This document shows positions 38,034 through 51,208 of a DNA stretch of 64,000 nt, piece after piece. Both the position numbers and the translations under genes were made by a program. The DNA is from Calcarisporiella thermophila CBS 279.70 (taxonomy: Eukaryota > Fungi > Calcarisporiellomycota): positions 98,012-162,011 of the forward strand of contig NW_027192206.1 of NCBI RefSeq assembly GCF_041956535.1, read 5' to 3'. A model generated the notes under the pieces. It saw only the letters and a list, made by a program, of their open reading frames with translations, made no database searches and had not been told where the DNA came from. Position 1 is the stretch's first letter, and the number at the start of each line of letters is the position of its first letter.

Positions 38034-39140
38034 ATGCGGCTCTATTGCGTGATCAAACCTGGAAACAGCTTTTCTGACCTTTTTAGCATCAATATTGATG
38101 AATCCGATAACATCTTCGAGCTTAGGGAGAAGAGAACTATTGAAAAGAACCTATTAAGAAACTATGATTCACCTGAAATAATCCTGTGGAAGATCGATGT
38201 ACCTTGTGAATATTTTCGGAGATCCTATGAAAACAAGGAAAATATAAGCAAACAAAAACTCTCGCTTCTAGCTGAAATCTGCCAATATTTCCCAGGACCA
38301 AGAAAGAAACATATACATGTGTTAGCTGAATTACCCAAAGGTATACCAATATATATATATATTTTTATTATTTCTATAGGCCTGGTTAGCTTCTTTTCGA
38401 CTTATCCTTAGTGCTTAAGCCATTGGTTTTTGAATCCCTCTATATTGTACTAATTAGTTGACATGCTAAATCCACCCAGACTTGAAATACAGGAGGCTTT
38501 TCCTAACGGTACTCGTTAATAGTTAATTAATCATCAGGGTTTTATTCTATTGAATTTTTCATACTTTCCTTTATTAGGCTTACCATATATGCCACCAAAT
38601 CCTTTTCTTCTTCACTAGCGGGCGAAATAGGTATATCAACTCGAACTTTCATTGCATAACATCTTGCCTTTCGAGTTATTAGATCAATATGCGCACTTTT
38701 GCAAAGGCGAAATCGACAAAACAACTATGCCGCTTTATTGTTTTCTCGATGGAGCCGGCACAGGAAAATCTCGAAATGCCACCGAATTTCACAAGACGCT
38801 ACCAACATGTTTACCAGCAGAGGCATTGGAGCTGAAAAATAGGCCTGAAAATGCTTGGGTATTTCACATCAGTTTGGAAAATGGCACCAGCTACAACGAT
38901 GGGATAGAAAGAAATGCATATCGTGTCATCGGTTCATGAATGTTGCTTCAACTTCTCCCCGAGGAGCATTTGGCGGATATAACTTCGACTTATGCGCCAC
39001 CTAGTCCTGAAGAAGTTATCCAACTGAATGCTCGGCATGAGAACCGAGAATGGAAGAACGTGACGACAGAATATTTAAATGTTCAATTACAAACAAGAAT
39101 CTGTACATGGCAAACAAGCTTAGCAAAACAAATACCATAG
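38034..39140 (+). pseudogene. Decayed Crinkler (CRN)-type effector with a P-loop NTPase fragment
   Basis: CRN N-terminal domain MRLYCVI..FSINIDESDNIFELREK..ILWKID..HIHVLAELP. Downstream GAGTGKS Walker A and AWVFHISLENGT. In-frame TGA at 38937-38939 and a truncated C-terminus. Confidence 0.75.
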
Positions 39141-39779
39141 CATTGTGCCAAATATACATTGATAGTTTAAACGAAACCTTTTCTTGATAATACCTCTCTC
39201 AACAAGACATTTCGTTTTTCTTTGCCCAAAATACGAGTCTTTCTATCATTGTTCCTACTATAAGTAAGTGCCCTATGTAAAGTAAGAAAAAGCCGAAATC
39301 CCAACTAGTATAGTCGTCTACATCCGCATCCTCAAGTTGAATCAAATGCAACACGATAAGAATTTCTAAAGCCTCTCTTTCCGAGAGTGATGCCATGACC
39401 ATGGATTAATACATGTCAAATCGTTTTGAAAATTTACTGCGAACAAAAAGCAATACGGAAATACGCCAATACAAGAGTAAATGACTCTCGAGATGGGAAA
39501 AATTAACGATACATGATTGGTTGAGGTTTTGTAATCGCCAAGAGCACTTTAAATAAGCGTAAATTAGTTCATTATGCTGCTCGAATTTAGAAAATATCTC
39601 CCTTGCCTCGTAGTTTTGTAGTCAAACTACGGTTTGGACCTTTTTATTGAGAGTTTCAGTTCAACTTCGAATGCCATCATCGGTTAAAAGAATACTCTAT
39701 GCATCAACGCGCAAAAAATAACTCAATGATCTTATAGTATGTAAAGATTGTATATACAACAAATCAATAATGCAACGAA

Positions 39780-40500
39780 AAAAGATTTTCTGCTCTCCTC
39801 TTTGTTTCACACGGTGGTGCCTCCTATTATCCCTTAGTGCCTCCAGAAAACCGCTGGCATCAACATCCATCGGATACAGTCGGTGATCAATAACGATTTT
39901 GGGTTCTAGTACGGAGGCTGGTAAAGGCAAAGTCCTTTGACCAATCTCAATGAGATAAGTAGAGAATTTTCTAGTAACGGCAGCTTATGATACTACCGAG
40001 AGCAATACCATACACAATCCTATAGTTACTCCAGTCACCACGAGCAACGCCTACGCCGCATCCAGACCGAGGTAAACAACGCCATCAAGCCCGTAGGCAC
40101 CAGTGCCTCGGCGGTATTCACAAGTTCTATTGCGGGAAACCTCTCCCCTCTGAGGGCAGTCTACAAGTAGAGTCGCAAGAAAACCAAGCTGAGCGCGGCT
40201 CCAGCTACAATGTTCATACTCTGTCCAACAAATGTTGGCAATGTTTGGAGAGCACGCCCAATATGATCCTCCTCTCACACAAAAATATGCTAAGGAAAAC
40301 TCGAGGAGAATCTGCCGTCCATCGTCGGCCAAACCTGCCAGCCGATGAGTGCAACATCACCCGACACCAGCAAGTAAAGGATCCCGGAGCCTTCATTATT
40401 AAATATAAACATGGATACCACGAGGAAGGCGAACCGGAGAAGGCCCCTTTATTGTTTAAGTGGATCCTATCTGAAAACAGGACAGGTTCATTTTCCATCC
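39780..40500 (-). pseudogene. Possible relic of a membrane-protein gene
   Basis: One frame gives repeated hydrophobic, protein-like segments (GSGILYLLVSGDVALIGWQVW; NIVAGAALSLVFLRLYL; LVPTGLMALFTSVW) broken by stops. Boundaries are approximate. Confidence 0.25.
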
Positions 40501-40675
40501 CCTTAGCCTTTCATACATTAACTTTATTTTAATTTAACATTTTGTGTCTATTATGCATGTGTTATATGTTTTCCCAGGTGTTTCCATAAAACGACGGCAA
40601 TGATGATAGAGGTTTATTTTAAAATCTCTGATATTCGACACTGAAAAACGCGAAATGGGCCGCCTTTGTCTTCTA

Positions 40676-41686
40676 TTAGAAAAACTGAAAAATGTCTATA
40701 TCCAAGCCCACTGCGTTCAGATGGTCCATCGCATTCAACTTGTAGAGTGGCACGCCTCGACTGCAAAATTTGTCCTCTGCCTCGTTGCAAGTGTAGGTAC
40801 CGTTCTTGTCTCCACTTGTCCAAACTTCATGGCCTCTAGCCTACCAATCAAAGCATATCGATTAGTCTAACCATCTTCTTGGACCACTAAAGAAGCAAGC
40901 CAAAGCAGCCCCATTCTTCCTGGGATTTACCCTAAAGCCTAACGCGTGAGGCATAAGATGCACCTCGAAATCATAGCGGTAGACGTACCGCTTGGTGGTA
41001 AGGTTCATCTGCTCCAGGTACTGAACAAATTTTTGGTTCCCAATACGCATCTCTCCAAATGTAACAAGCACGATCTGGTCGGAGGGGATGTTGGTTTTGG
41101 TCACCAGCTCGGCCGCCATCAGGATGGCAAATGCAGCGCCCAGACTATGGCCAATGACTTCCACCTTATAGTCCGGGTGCGCTTCAAAGACGGTCTGGAT
41201 ATACTCCAAGGTATTCGCTTGCAACCGCATAAAGGCTTCGTACACCTTTTTGAGGACGCGGGCCCCGGACACAAAGTCCGGGTTATACGCGACGGTATGA
41301 TAGCCATGCTTTATTTTCTTGGCAATGGGCGAGACCGCACCTCGATAGGATAGCACAAAAGCGCACCGCGCATCGTCTCTTGCAATATACATGTAAGTAT
41401 CGTCGTGTGGGGCTCGGGCGGTGGCCAGGACGGTGACCTGTGGGAATTCGTCACTGTAGACGGCGCATTGAAGCTCACCTGGCTTGAAGGGACATTGGGC
41501 CATCGCTGCAAGTTTGGCGTATTGTTTCAACCCGTAGAGCTGCATGTCGTTGAGCCTATAGTGATCGGGATATCTAGGAATGGAACATAGGCTGTCGTAG
41601 AGAGGGTTGCGGCATTCCGTCCCTCCGTAGACGCGGATGAATAAGTAGGAGAGAAAGCATAGACCTATCCATCCCCATTGAACCAT
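40676..41686 (-). CDS. Secreted class-3 lipase (alpha/beta hydrolase)
   Basis: Signal peptide, LSYRGA, GHSLG nucleophile, VTFGEMRIGN. After the intron (donor 40930) the frame reads HEVW...EDKFCS...MDHL, ending TAA. Confidence 0.85.
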
Positions 41687-42741
41687 TGGTTGGTGGGGAA
41701 AGAGCTGCAAACCGCCAAAACGGATTCCCAATTTTTAAAGACTTTGGGCAAAATTAGAAGGTCCTAGTAGAGCATAGATAGTAATAAATAGAGTGTAATG
41801 GGTCGGAACTTTTTTTAATTAATTTCCAAGTTGGGCATCGATTTGAACAACCAAATAAATTAAGCTAACAACAATGACCATTCATTCTTTACAGGGATTC
41901 TAATCAAATAGACTCGCCAGGGTATATCTAGATGGATTAGGCTTGTTTAATTTTCATCCCCCCCCCCCCTGGAGTCAGGATGGAACACAGTCGCTTATTT
42001 GGTCAACTCTGTGGTCACCATGTTATGTACTACAAGAGTTAAAACTAGAAAAGCAGGATGAACAATATGCCCATATTACTCCCCCCCATGAAATACTTAC
42101 TATTGGCCAACTTGTGATGCCTCTCGAAGCAGGAGCAGGCAACATTACTCTTATCAATTTAAGTCGAATGAAGCTGGAACTTGAGGGAAAGAGCATGCTC
42201 ACTTGGAGACTCACCCGCTATTATCCCCCCTCTCTTCTCTCCTTCTAACCTTCCCCAAAGGAATTATGAACTCTTCCAAATCTAGTTTGCTAGGTCGTTT
42301 TGATCAGCAAAAGGAGTGGCTCCTCAATCCTTTATTTGTCCTCCCTCTTTTAGCTTTTTGCGTTTGGTTCAACGTCGGAAACGTGAGTGTTTGTGCCATC
42401 CCGCTTGACTTGCATTGCACCAAAGTAAGACGACAGTTCAACAGGAGCCGAGACATGTGTTAGCCTTTTGAAATGCAAGTGGGCACAAAAGAAGCGTCCT
42501 CTATCTGTGTTAAGACACTGTTTGTTTTATAGACCCTTTTAAAATTCAATTTTTAAAAAAAAGTCATCAAGTGAGAACAAAATCAAAGCAAATCATTTAA
42601 GAAAAGAATAATACAGTCCGAGTGGGGAACATTTAGAAAAAAAAAAAAAATAAGAATCCTGTCCCTCTCGATTAAAAAAAAAGGTAAACACAAAATAAAC
42701 AATCCCACCATGGCAAGAAATAGTTTGAGCATCCGCCAGCG

Positions 42742-44146
42742 TTAAATTCCACCTGCAGCCGCGATGGCAGCCTCCTCTTCTGGTGTCAAGCCGGTGGATG
42801 ACTCCGAGGGTAGGAGTGAGGTCACGAACGTGACCAGGAGGCGCTCGAGACTACCCCAGAAACCGTGACGCTGAGAACTGTGATCCGGCACAGATGATGA
42901 CGGGGGCTGCTGCGGTGAGGGTGCCTGTTGCGGCTGGAATTGCGAGGCGCCATGGGATTGGGTTGCTTGGGCGTGGGAGCCAGAAGGGACCCGCCGTACC
43001 ACCACTCGCAACTGCCCAGTTTGATAACTAGAAAGCAAATAAGCACAGGTGAGGATCAGAGCCGATGAAAAGGACAGGTCTATATCCACTTACAGCCAGA
43101 ATAATAATGCCGCCAAGTGCATCAGAAGAGCACGCTCTAGCGATAGATTTTGTGTGAAGAGGAAAAGGAAAAATGCCAGCTTAATAGCAAGCCATGCAGC
43201 CATGATAGAGCGCTCGCTTTGGCGCTGTCTCTGCTGAGAAAACGACTGTGGAGACGATGGTTGAAGTTGCGGCGATCGCGACTGCTGTTGGGAATACTGC
43301 TGCAGGATGAGCGGATTCTGCACCAAAGAGGGAATGGGTTGGGAGGACATTGGCATTCCATAACTCGCGTAGCCGTTTAGTGTGGATAATGGGGTGGACG
43401 AGGGGGCAGGGTGTGACAGATAGGACACATGAACCTGCACAAGTTGAAGTGCTCCATTGACCAGCACCCATTGAAACGGAGAGCCGATAGGTATCACGCT
43501 TGGTGGCGATGGATGGGGAGGGTTCTCGGGCTGTGCATGAGAGGATGTTGATTGCGATGACTCAACGGAAGATGTGGATAGATTAGCCGATGAGGAGTGG
43601 GATTGATTTTCAGAGGCTGCCGATGCTGGCAGAGTAGTCTCTCTCGTAGATCTGGAGGGAGATACGGAGCGGTGGCGAAGTTCGGAGGCAGGTTGGGCAG
43701 GCGGTGTGGAGGATGAGGAGGTGGAGATGGAAGTGTTGGCGGATATAGGAGTTGAGCTCGATGCTGTGGTTATAGAATTTTTGACGACTAAATGGAAGGT
43801 TTGTGCAATGGTGTCCGACTACAGGGAAGGAGCCAAAAGTCAGCATCCATTGGACACCCTGGGAGATAAGGTGTATTAGAGTACTCACCCCGATCAGATC
43901 TTTTAATCGCTGCATGTCTTCAAGCACCTTTCCTTTGAAGATCAGGCGTTGATCGACTGGGGACGGACGGGCCGGGTGAGATTGGCAGAGCACTTGTTTT
44001 AGATCAATGACTTGGCTCTCTACGGGAATCGTGACATCGAGGTGCTTGTCGAGCGTAGGAGAGCACACTTTGATGGTGTAGGCGCACGGGGCAGCCGGAG
44101 AGGAGGGAGAGGGGGAGGGAGAGGAGGAGCCTGGAGTGCTTTCCAT
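42742..44146 (-). CDS. Ubiquitin-like-domain ER membrane protein (HERP/HERPUD-like)
   Basis: N-terminal UBL domain (QRLIFKGKVLED), low-complexity linker, WLAIKLAFFLFLF...YQTG and TFVTSLLP. Two introns. Confidence 0.75.
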
Positions 44147-44455
44147 GGTTAATTTGAGTGTGATAGGAAGGAAAAGAGTGGGGGAGACTGCAAGTTCGGA
44201 AGATGGCGGTTTAGCCCTCCTTAGTCATTGAGAAAGATGGCAAAATACGATTGGAAGAGTTTTCGTCATCAGAATTCTGATCCATATGTCAAAAAAGTCC
44301 GAGTTCTAGTAGATTCCGTGGAATATTATTGAGTTTGAATGAAGAAGGGATGGATCATATCCAAAAATGAACTGTATTAGCTAAAAGTATGAAGTGTTGA
44401 TTATGTACAAAAGTCAAATGCTATCCATTGCAGAGTTGTCTACGGTTTTTGGGGT

Positions 44456-45281
44456 CTATCTACGGCCCGCAATCAGGATGGCCCCCAAAACATCCCATAT
44501 CAACATGATCAAAAACACCAAGAATGCCAGCACCGCAAAGAAGTAGGCGGTATTATAGAAGTCGCAGTATCCTGAGTGGGCTCCGGGGGGACATGGGTAC
44601 AGGGACAGACGAGTGATGACGACCGCAATCCATAGGCCCGCCATGAGGAAATCGATGAGCACAAGCACGACACGTGGGAGCTTACGTCGGTTAGTCAGAA
44701 AGCGGAGGATGTAGTGAAGGATAAAGAAGAGTCCGACCAAGATGGAGATGGCCCCAAGGGCATACATGAAATAGACAAAGGAAGGATTATCGAAAGGGAT
44801 GTTTTCATGCGAGTACTAGCAGAGAAATGAAAAGCAGAAAATGAAATTAGCGACCATCTATTCCCATGATCAATCCATGCAACGCGGTAGTTACAGGGAC
44901 AGCCCCAATGATGAACCCGAGCTCACCCACGCTTGCCATCAGCCCGATGAGCCGCATTGCAAATCGCGCCTTTGATGGCCGATTCCAGCTCTTTGCCAAG
45001 TTGGTGTCCTCAGGAACCATGGCCGAATAATGGGGGCAGCCGTCTTCCATCGTGGGCGATGACGGGATCGATGCAGGCTTCGCGGCAGCTGGTGGCGGCG
45101 GTAGGGCGGTAACGGATGAGTTGGGCATCCCCTCATTAGAGTGGGGATCGGATGGGATGCCTTGGCTGGGGGTGGCCATAGGGTTGTGCGCCGGCTGGGC
45201 CCATGCATTTTCCGCGTACACCATGGGCTCCTGCTTCTCGGGCTTCGGCTTCTTCAATCTTGCTAAAGGGTTAAAAGGCAT
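44456..45281 (-). CDS. MARVEL-like four-TM membrane protein
   Basis: Pro-rich N-terminus then four hydrophobic helices (RLIGLMASVG..., LIDFLMAGLWI, CDFYNTAYFFAVLAF). One intron. Confidence 0.7.
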
Positions 45282-46329
45282 TGTGCAAGGCAACCTCGAA
45301 GCTGGAGATGAGGAGGAGGGGAAGGGGAGACGCAGATGGGCGGATTTGGCGAAAGTCTTGATAGCTAGGAATTTTTGGGCGTTTTCGAATGGGACGTCAT
45401 ATGCCCATCAAAATAAGACCCTGAATTCCACGATTTAAGATTCGGCCCCTAGGAAACCTAAAAACCCTCGCAAACCACAAGGGCCAGTGAGTGCGACGCA
45501 GATTGGGCCGGTGATGAGATAACAGCGGCGGAGTTGCGCGCGAACTCTACGAGGAGTCAGACCTCTCCTCTCTCCTCTCGCCGCCCTCGGATGCCTCAAT
45601 CTGATCTATTGTGTTTCAAACCATTGCGTAGGTGGAGATCGGGGAGAAGATGCCAAGTCGCTCTGGTAGGCGCGTGTTTGCGACCCCTGTTTGCGGCCGG
45701 CTTCTGCCCGCAGCGGATGCAGCTGGCCCTGTTAAGCTTGCTTTGCATCCAGGCGGTGTTCTCCGGGGGAGGAGGAGTCGTTGTTTGTTATTCCCGCGAA
45801 TAAAGCAGTCTTTCCTCAGCTTTTGGCTGGGCTCTCCAAAATGCAAGCGAGAAACCTGTGGAGGCTTATCCAACTATCCCCCCCCTAGGCTTCGCGCTTG
45901 AGATGGCCGAGATGGGTTATGCGCTGAGCGCTTGCCCCCGCCGTTGGTGCGGTTTAATGGAGGGCGGTGTGGGCCGCATCCGCCGAATGAAACTTCGCTT
46001 GTTGACATCTCGCGATCTCATCATCTCGTGAGCCTTGAAAAACTTTTGCCGTTTAATCAGCCCATGACATCATGGTCTTCCCTATTGTATAGGAGTTATG
46101 TCACTCCAATTCCACAAACATCGAATTGCATTTCAGCGTATTTGGTCTGGGAGCAGCGCGGGGCACTGCAAATTATTTTCTTTTCTTTTGAGTTTTTTTT
46201 TTTTCCTTTCACTTCATCGTTGGTTTTAGCTCTCCAATGGTGATGGGAATTATTTTTCTTAGCTCCGGCCTCTGAGCATTCTGTTTCTTGTTTCTTCCCT
46301 GTCTCTTGTCTTAATTCACTACTGACGCC

Positions 46330-47000
46330 ATGGTAGAACGCTTTCAAACCTCCTACCTGATGCAGGACCGGCACTCCCCATCTTTCTACTTCAAGCCCTA
46401 CCAAAATTCATGCACCCCCCTCCTGGACCTGTATTCCCACCCGAGCCCTCCCCCGCCCCCACAGACTACCCTTCATGCTCCACAGCCGGCCGAGCCAGCA
46501 TCCATTGCCACCACCTCCTCTCCATCGCAGAATGCTTTCCTCTCCACGCTGGCCGACGGCGCAATACCTTCCCACCTCAAAGCGCAGCCAAAGCCGCAAC
46601 CCCGAGCTGAATTATACACCGTCACCCAGGCGGCCGCTCTGCCCTCCACCGCCGAGAAGGGCATGGGCGGAGCAGGCGCAGGCGTGCCGGTTGTTCCCTC
46701 GAATGCACCCGCCGCCCTCACCACCGAGCAGCCCGACTCGGTCATCGCACCAACCCCCTCGATGCTCGACGAAAATTACCCGCAGCCGTCCACCACGGCC
46801 CAGACGCAGGCGGGCTTCGCCTATCCCCCCGACATGGCCTACATGATGCTGGCGGATGTGTACAATCGGATGCCGCGCGCCGATCGCTCGACAACCCAGC
46901 GCCGCCTTACCCTCCCCATTCTTTCGGTGGATACCTCGCTTCCGCAATCCCCAGCAGGCCCCGAGTCGGCGCCCCCCTCTCAACATCCCCCGCCGCCGCC

Positions 47001-47035
<35 letters not shown>

Positions 47036-47539
47036 CACACCAGCCGCAGCCGCAGCCGCAGCAAGCCCCGCCATCACTACCGCTCTTCGACACTCGCACC
47101 ACCGTTCCAACCACTCTCCCCGCCTCTACTGCCCCTTCAACCCACTATCCCTCATCGAACCCCCCAATGTCAGAGATGCAACAGCAGCGGCGGAGTAGTA
47201 GTTGCAGCAGCGAGGCTGATGAGCCCCAGAAGCAGTGGACCTTCATCAGCTTGCCCGGGATCAATATGCGGAAGCGGCCCCGCCGACGGTACGAGGAAAT
47301 CGAGAGAAACTATTGCTGCACTTGGCCGGGATGCACCAAGGCATACGGCACTCTCAACCATCTCAATGCACATATCCACATGCAAGGTCATGGTGAGAAG
47401 CGGCATCCGTCTGGTAAGTGTTACGGCCCTTCCTTGCCTCCTTCTCTGTCTTCTCACCCTTCCCTTTTCTCCCCCCTCCCCCATTCCAGAGTTCAAGGAG
47501 CTTCGCAAGGTTTGGAAGGAAAAAAAGAACAAGAAATGA
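46330..47539 (+). CDS. C2H2 zinc-finger transcription factor, Con7-like
   Basis: KRPRRRYEEIERNYCCTWPGCTKAYGTLNHLNAHIHMQGHGEKRHPS|EFKELRKVWK. Intron 47414-47489. Confidence 0.88.
47002..47034 (+). repeat. (CAG)10 CAA polyglutamine microsatellite in the Con7-like transcription factor
   Basis: Read directly from the sequence. Confidence 0.95.
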
Positions 47540-48816
47540 CAATGTGTTAATTTATTCATATCTGGATATGAATGCCTTTTCTTTATTTCTCCCTTGTTTT
47601 ATGGTTTTTTTTTCTCTTCCATATTTCTCCTTTCTCTTTCCCTCCTCTTTTCTTTTTTACTCGATAATTTTGATACTTTTCTTTTTCATAGTTCCCCTTA
47701 TTCCTATACATAATTTGCCTTCTCTCTATCTCTCCCCCTTCTTTTTTATTATTCATCCTTGTGTGTTGTAAATAGCGGATCGGCCCGCCCCCTCTTTTTT
47801 TTCCTTACATTTATTAAAGACAAACTGTGGTTTTAACTGGACCCTAGGCCCTGCCTTTCTAAGTTGAAGGGATGGAGAGCAGAGAAGGTTGCCCCCCTCC
47901 CGTTGAGAGAAGCGAATTAGAGTTCTCCTGCGTGGCCATGGACGTTTCCAGAGTTTTATTGAAGTCTCGTTTCGGGGTATATTTGATGCGGCTCGGTGTT
48001 CCACAACCAACTTTGCACGCCCTACCTCTGTTATTGAGGAAATGGAGGGTGCTTGAAGAAGCCGGCAACTAGGCCGGTGACCTCGATGCATAAGAAGCAA
48101 TTAAGTCATGAAGATGGAGTTGCACTGAGGCCGTGGCACAAGCTCGATATGGGATTCCGAGGAACCAAGCTCCAAGGTCCGCTTTCCTCCCCGCTTCCAG
48201 GGACACTCGAGCGGAGAGCCACTCGTTCTAAGCCGGTGGCTCCGCCGCCTTTCCCCGCTACGCTCCCAACCCTGCTGTCCCACCACTCCGGCCCATCGCG
48301 CTGGAGCGAAGACGTCACGGAGGGATTTCGGCGCTGTAACCTAGCTCGTGGGAGAGAGGAGAGCCTCCCTCGAGCCCTCTGCCGCTCTCTAAGCAAAAGC
48401 TCGCTCGTGTCTCGGCGATAGAAGGCTTCGCCCCCGAATGAGATTGCAGCTGGATTGCGCACATCTCCACATCACCGCTCTTGGCGGATATGGCCCAATT
48501 ACCCGTGCCTGTAGGGCGACGATTGGGGTTGGCCGTGCACCTCTGGTGCATCATGACCTCAGGGGCAGGAGCTCGCCAATCCGATCTTCTTTGCCGTCAC
48601 ACCGCTAATTGGAGAAATTAAAGATGGCTGAGCTCAATGGGGCAGCTTTCTTTCCTCGGCCGGAAATGGGAAGTCTCGGGAAAAACCTCAGCCCTCCTAC
48701 TCAAAGTATTGAAATGCAGTGGGCTCAGGGCATCGAATAATCAACGAGAACCCGGCTGAATTACATAGGATAGCCAGTGGGTGGGAAAGAATGGCTCGAT
48801 GGTATTGAGCTCCTCC

Positions 48817-49004
48817 TATACCATGTGGCCGAAATCCCCGCATTTCGTAATACCCTATTGTTGTAGTCCATTCTTCTCCTATGTCAGCTCACCCTTCTCT
48901 CCATTAAGCTTATACCATGTGGCCGAAATCCCCGCATTTCATAATACCCTATTGTTGTAGTCCATTCTTCTCCTATGTCAGCTCACCCTTCTCTCCATTA
49001 AGCT
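48817..49004. repeat. 94-bp direct tandem duplication (2 copies, 1 mismatch)
   Basis: 48817-48910 and 48911-49004 are identical except G48847/A48941. Confidence 0.95.
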
Positions 49005-49779
49005 TTATAAAAGCACGCCGATCACAAAGCAGCTAGAATAAGCAAAACACAAAACGCGCTTGCCCTTCTACATAAGAAAGTAGGGTGAATAAAGGTTGGC
49101 ACTGGGACTATCCTCTCGCCCTCCTCCCAGCACGCAGATGAAATATAAAAGACACCCAGCGGTCACTGTAATTTACTTCCTCAAATTGAGAGGAAGGGCT
49201 GTGCTTAACTGTAAATTTTTCTCTTACAGTAAGCTAGAGTCCTTTCCATGGATTTTTTTTTAATTTCGATGGATAATATATGAAGGATGACCCTAAATTG
49301 AATCAAGGGAAGAGTTTAGAGTGCGACTCTATTAACTTTGGTTCAACAAGTTGAACTTTGCATTATAGTCGACGGTAGAGGAAGGGTCAATTACGTAAAG
49401 CTAAAGGTAGTAATGGCACACATAATCCTAGAAATCGTCGATTTTGAAAAAAAAAGAAGAGCTGCCCAATCATCGTTGATGGATAAGTGTTCAATACTTA
49501 GACGCGCTATGGATATAAAACACTTTTTTTATCCAAATTTTCTTAAAGTTCATTCTCCAAAAATTCCCAACACCTCTCTAAGTGACAGTGGCATTTTCAA
49601 GAGGGAGCCCACTACAGCAAGAGCAAAATTGCTTTAGCCTCTAGATTCTGAGTTTTGACTAAAGATTTTATCTGTACTTTTAAAACTCGATATTGCAGTC
49701 ACACCTCGACTGACGCGTTTAATCCCAAATTTTCTCACGCTCTGCTCTCCATCCCCCCTACAGCCCACCCATCCCCAAC

Positions 49780-51002
49780 ATGCGTCTGCTACTTACGACT
49801 CTGACTCGACCCTCCATTCTCTATCCGAATCTCCGTTCTCTGCTTCGCAGCCGCGGAATCAGTACTAGCACGTCTGAATTCTGCACGCTCGAGAGCCTCT
49901 CGGGTGCCGATGGCGGAATCGCGGTGTTGACGATGAATCGCCCTGCGGCCAAGAACGCCATCTCTCGCCAGTTCTTGGGAGAATTCCGGGATATTGTGAG
50001 TCGAATTCGATTTGATGGGTGGGTCTTCGTGATGCCATGGTCAGAGTTTCGAGATCCCTTTTTTTAATAATGCAGTCTCTTGAACATAGGGATGTACGCG
50101 TGCTTGTCTTGCGCAGTCTGGTGGATGGAGTCTTCTGTGCAGGGGCTGATTTAAAGGTGCGTTCGTTTTGAATTTCAGGTGGAATTCTCTGCCATCACAG
50201 ACTGATAGCTTATTTTGCTAAATAAAGGAGCGCGCAACAATGGCTCCGTCAGAAGTATCTCAATTTCTTTATAGTTTACGACAGGCATTCCGTGAGCTCG
50301 AGACCCTGCCTCAACCCACCATTGCCTCCATAGATGGAGCAGCTCTCGGTGGAGGGCTCGAAATGGCGCTTTGCTGCGACCTACGGGTAGTGGGAGCAAA
50401 AGCAAAGGTTGGGCTTCCAGAGACTAAGCTGGCTATCATTCCTGGGTATGTACCCTTCTCTCTCTCTCCGCCCCTATGGTGGTGCCATATTAAAGAGGGC
50501 CGCTCCATCCTTTCCGTTTACTTAGTCCTGGCTAATACATGCGCTTTTTATTTCTTATATACTGTATAGCGCTGGCGGGACGCAAAGATTGAGCCGATTG
50601 ATTGGCCCCGCAAAGGCAAAGGAGCTGATCCTGACGGCACGTATTCTTAATGCGAAGCAGGCAGCTGATACCGGTAAGGAATTTTTTTATTTGGGCAGCT
50701 TAGGAGTATCTTTTGGTGCATACAATTAACGCCTCTGACCCAACCAAGGCATCGCTAATTACGCCGTGGATGAGGAGTCTTCTTTTGAGAAAGCTCTCAG
50801 CCTCTCGCGCGAGATCCTCCCGCAGGGCCCCGTTGCTATCCGGATGGCTAAGCTCGCGGTTGACCGCGGATGTCAGCTTGATATCGACTCCGGACTGGAT
50901 GTGGAACAGGCTTGCTATGCACAAGTGATCCCGACCGAGGATAGATTAGAGGGGCTGCGTGCTTTCAAGGAGAAGAGAGCGCCTGTATATAAGGGTCGTT
51001 AA
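49780..51002 (+). CDS. Mitochondrial enoyl-CoA hydratase family, methylglutaconyl-CoA hydratase (AUH-like)
   Basis: Presequence-like N-terminus. Motifs [76 protein letters not shown]. Confidence 0.92.
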
Positions 51003-51208
51003 TGTTGGAGAGGCGCACGGAGTTGAATTAGAAATGCATTTTTTTATCTGCATGGATAAATATATATTTTCATTTATTCACGATTCTATGGGGCAGCCTG
51101 TCGGTCGGTTGCACAGTATGAAAGAGTCTGTGGCGACCATTCCAATATGGCTGCCCACTTCCGATGGAAATCCTATTGCCATTATCGAATCCAATCGGCT
51201 GAGAAGCT

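Noticed and set aside
48817-49004. CRISPR-like array
   Set aside because: Two abutting copies without spacers in a eukaryotic genome; this is a simple duplication.
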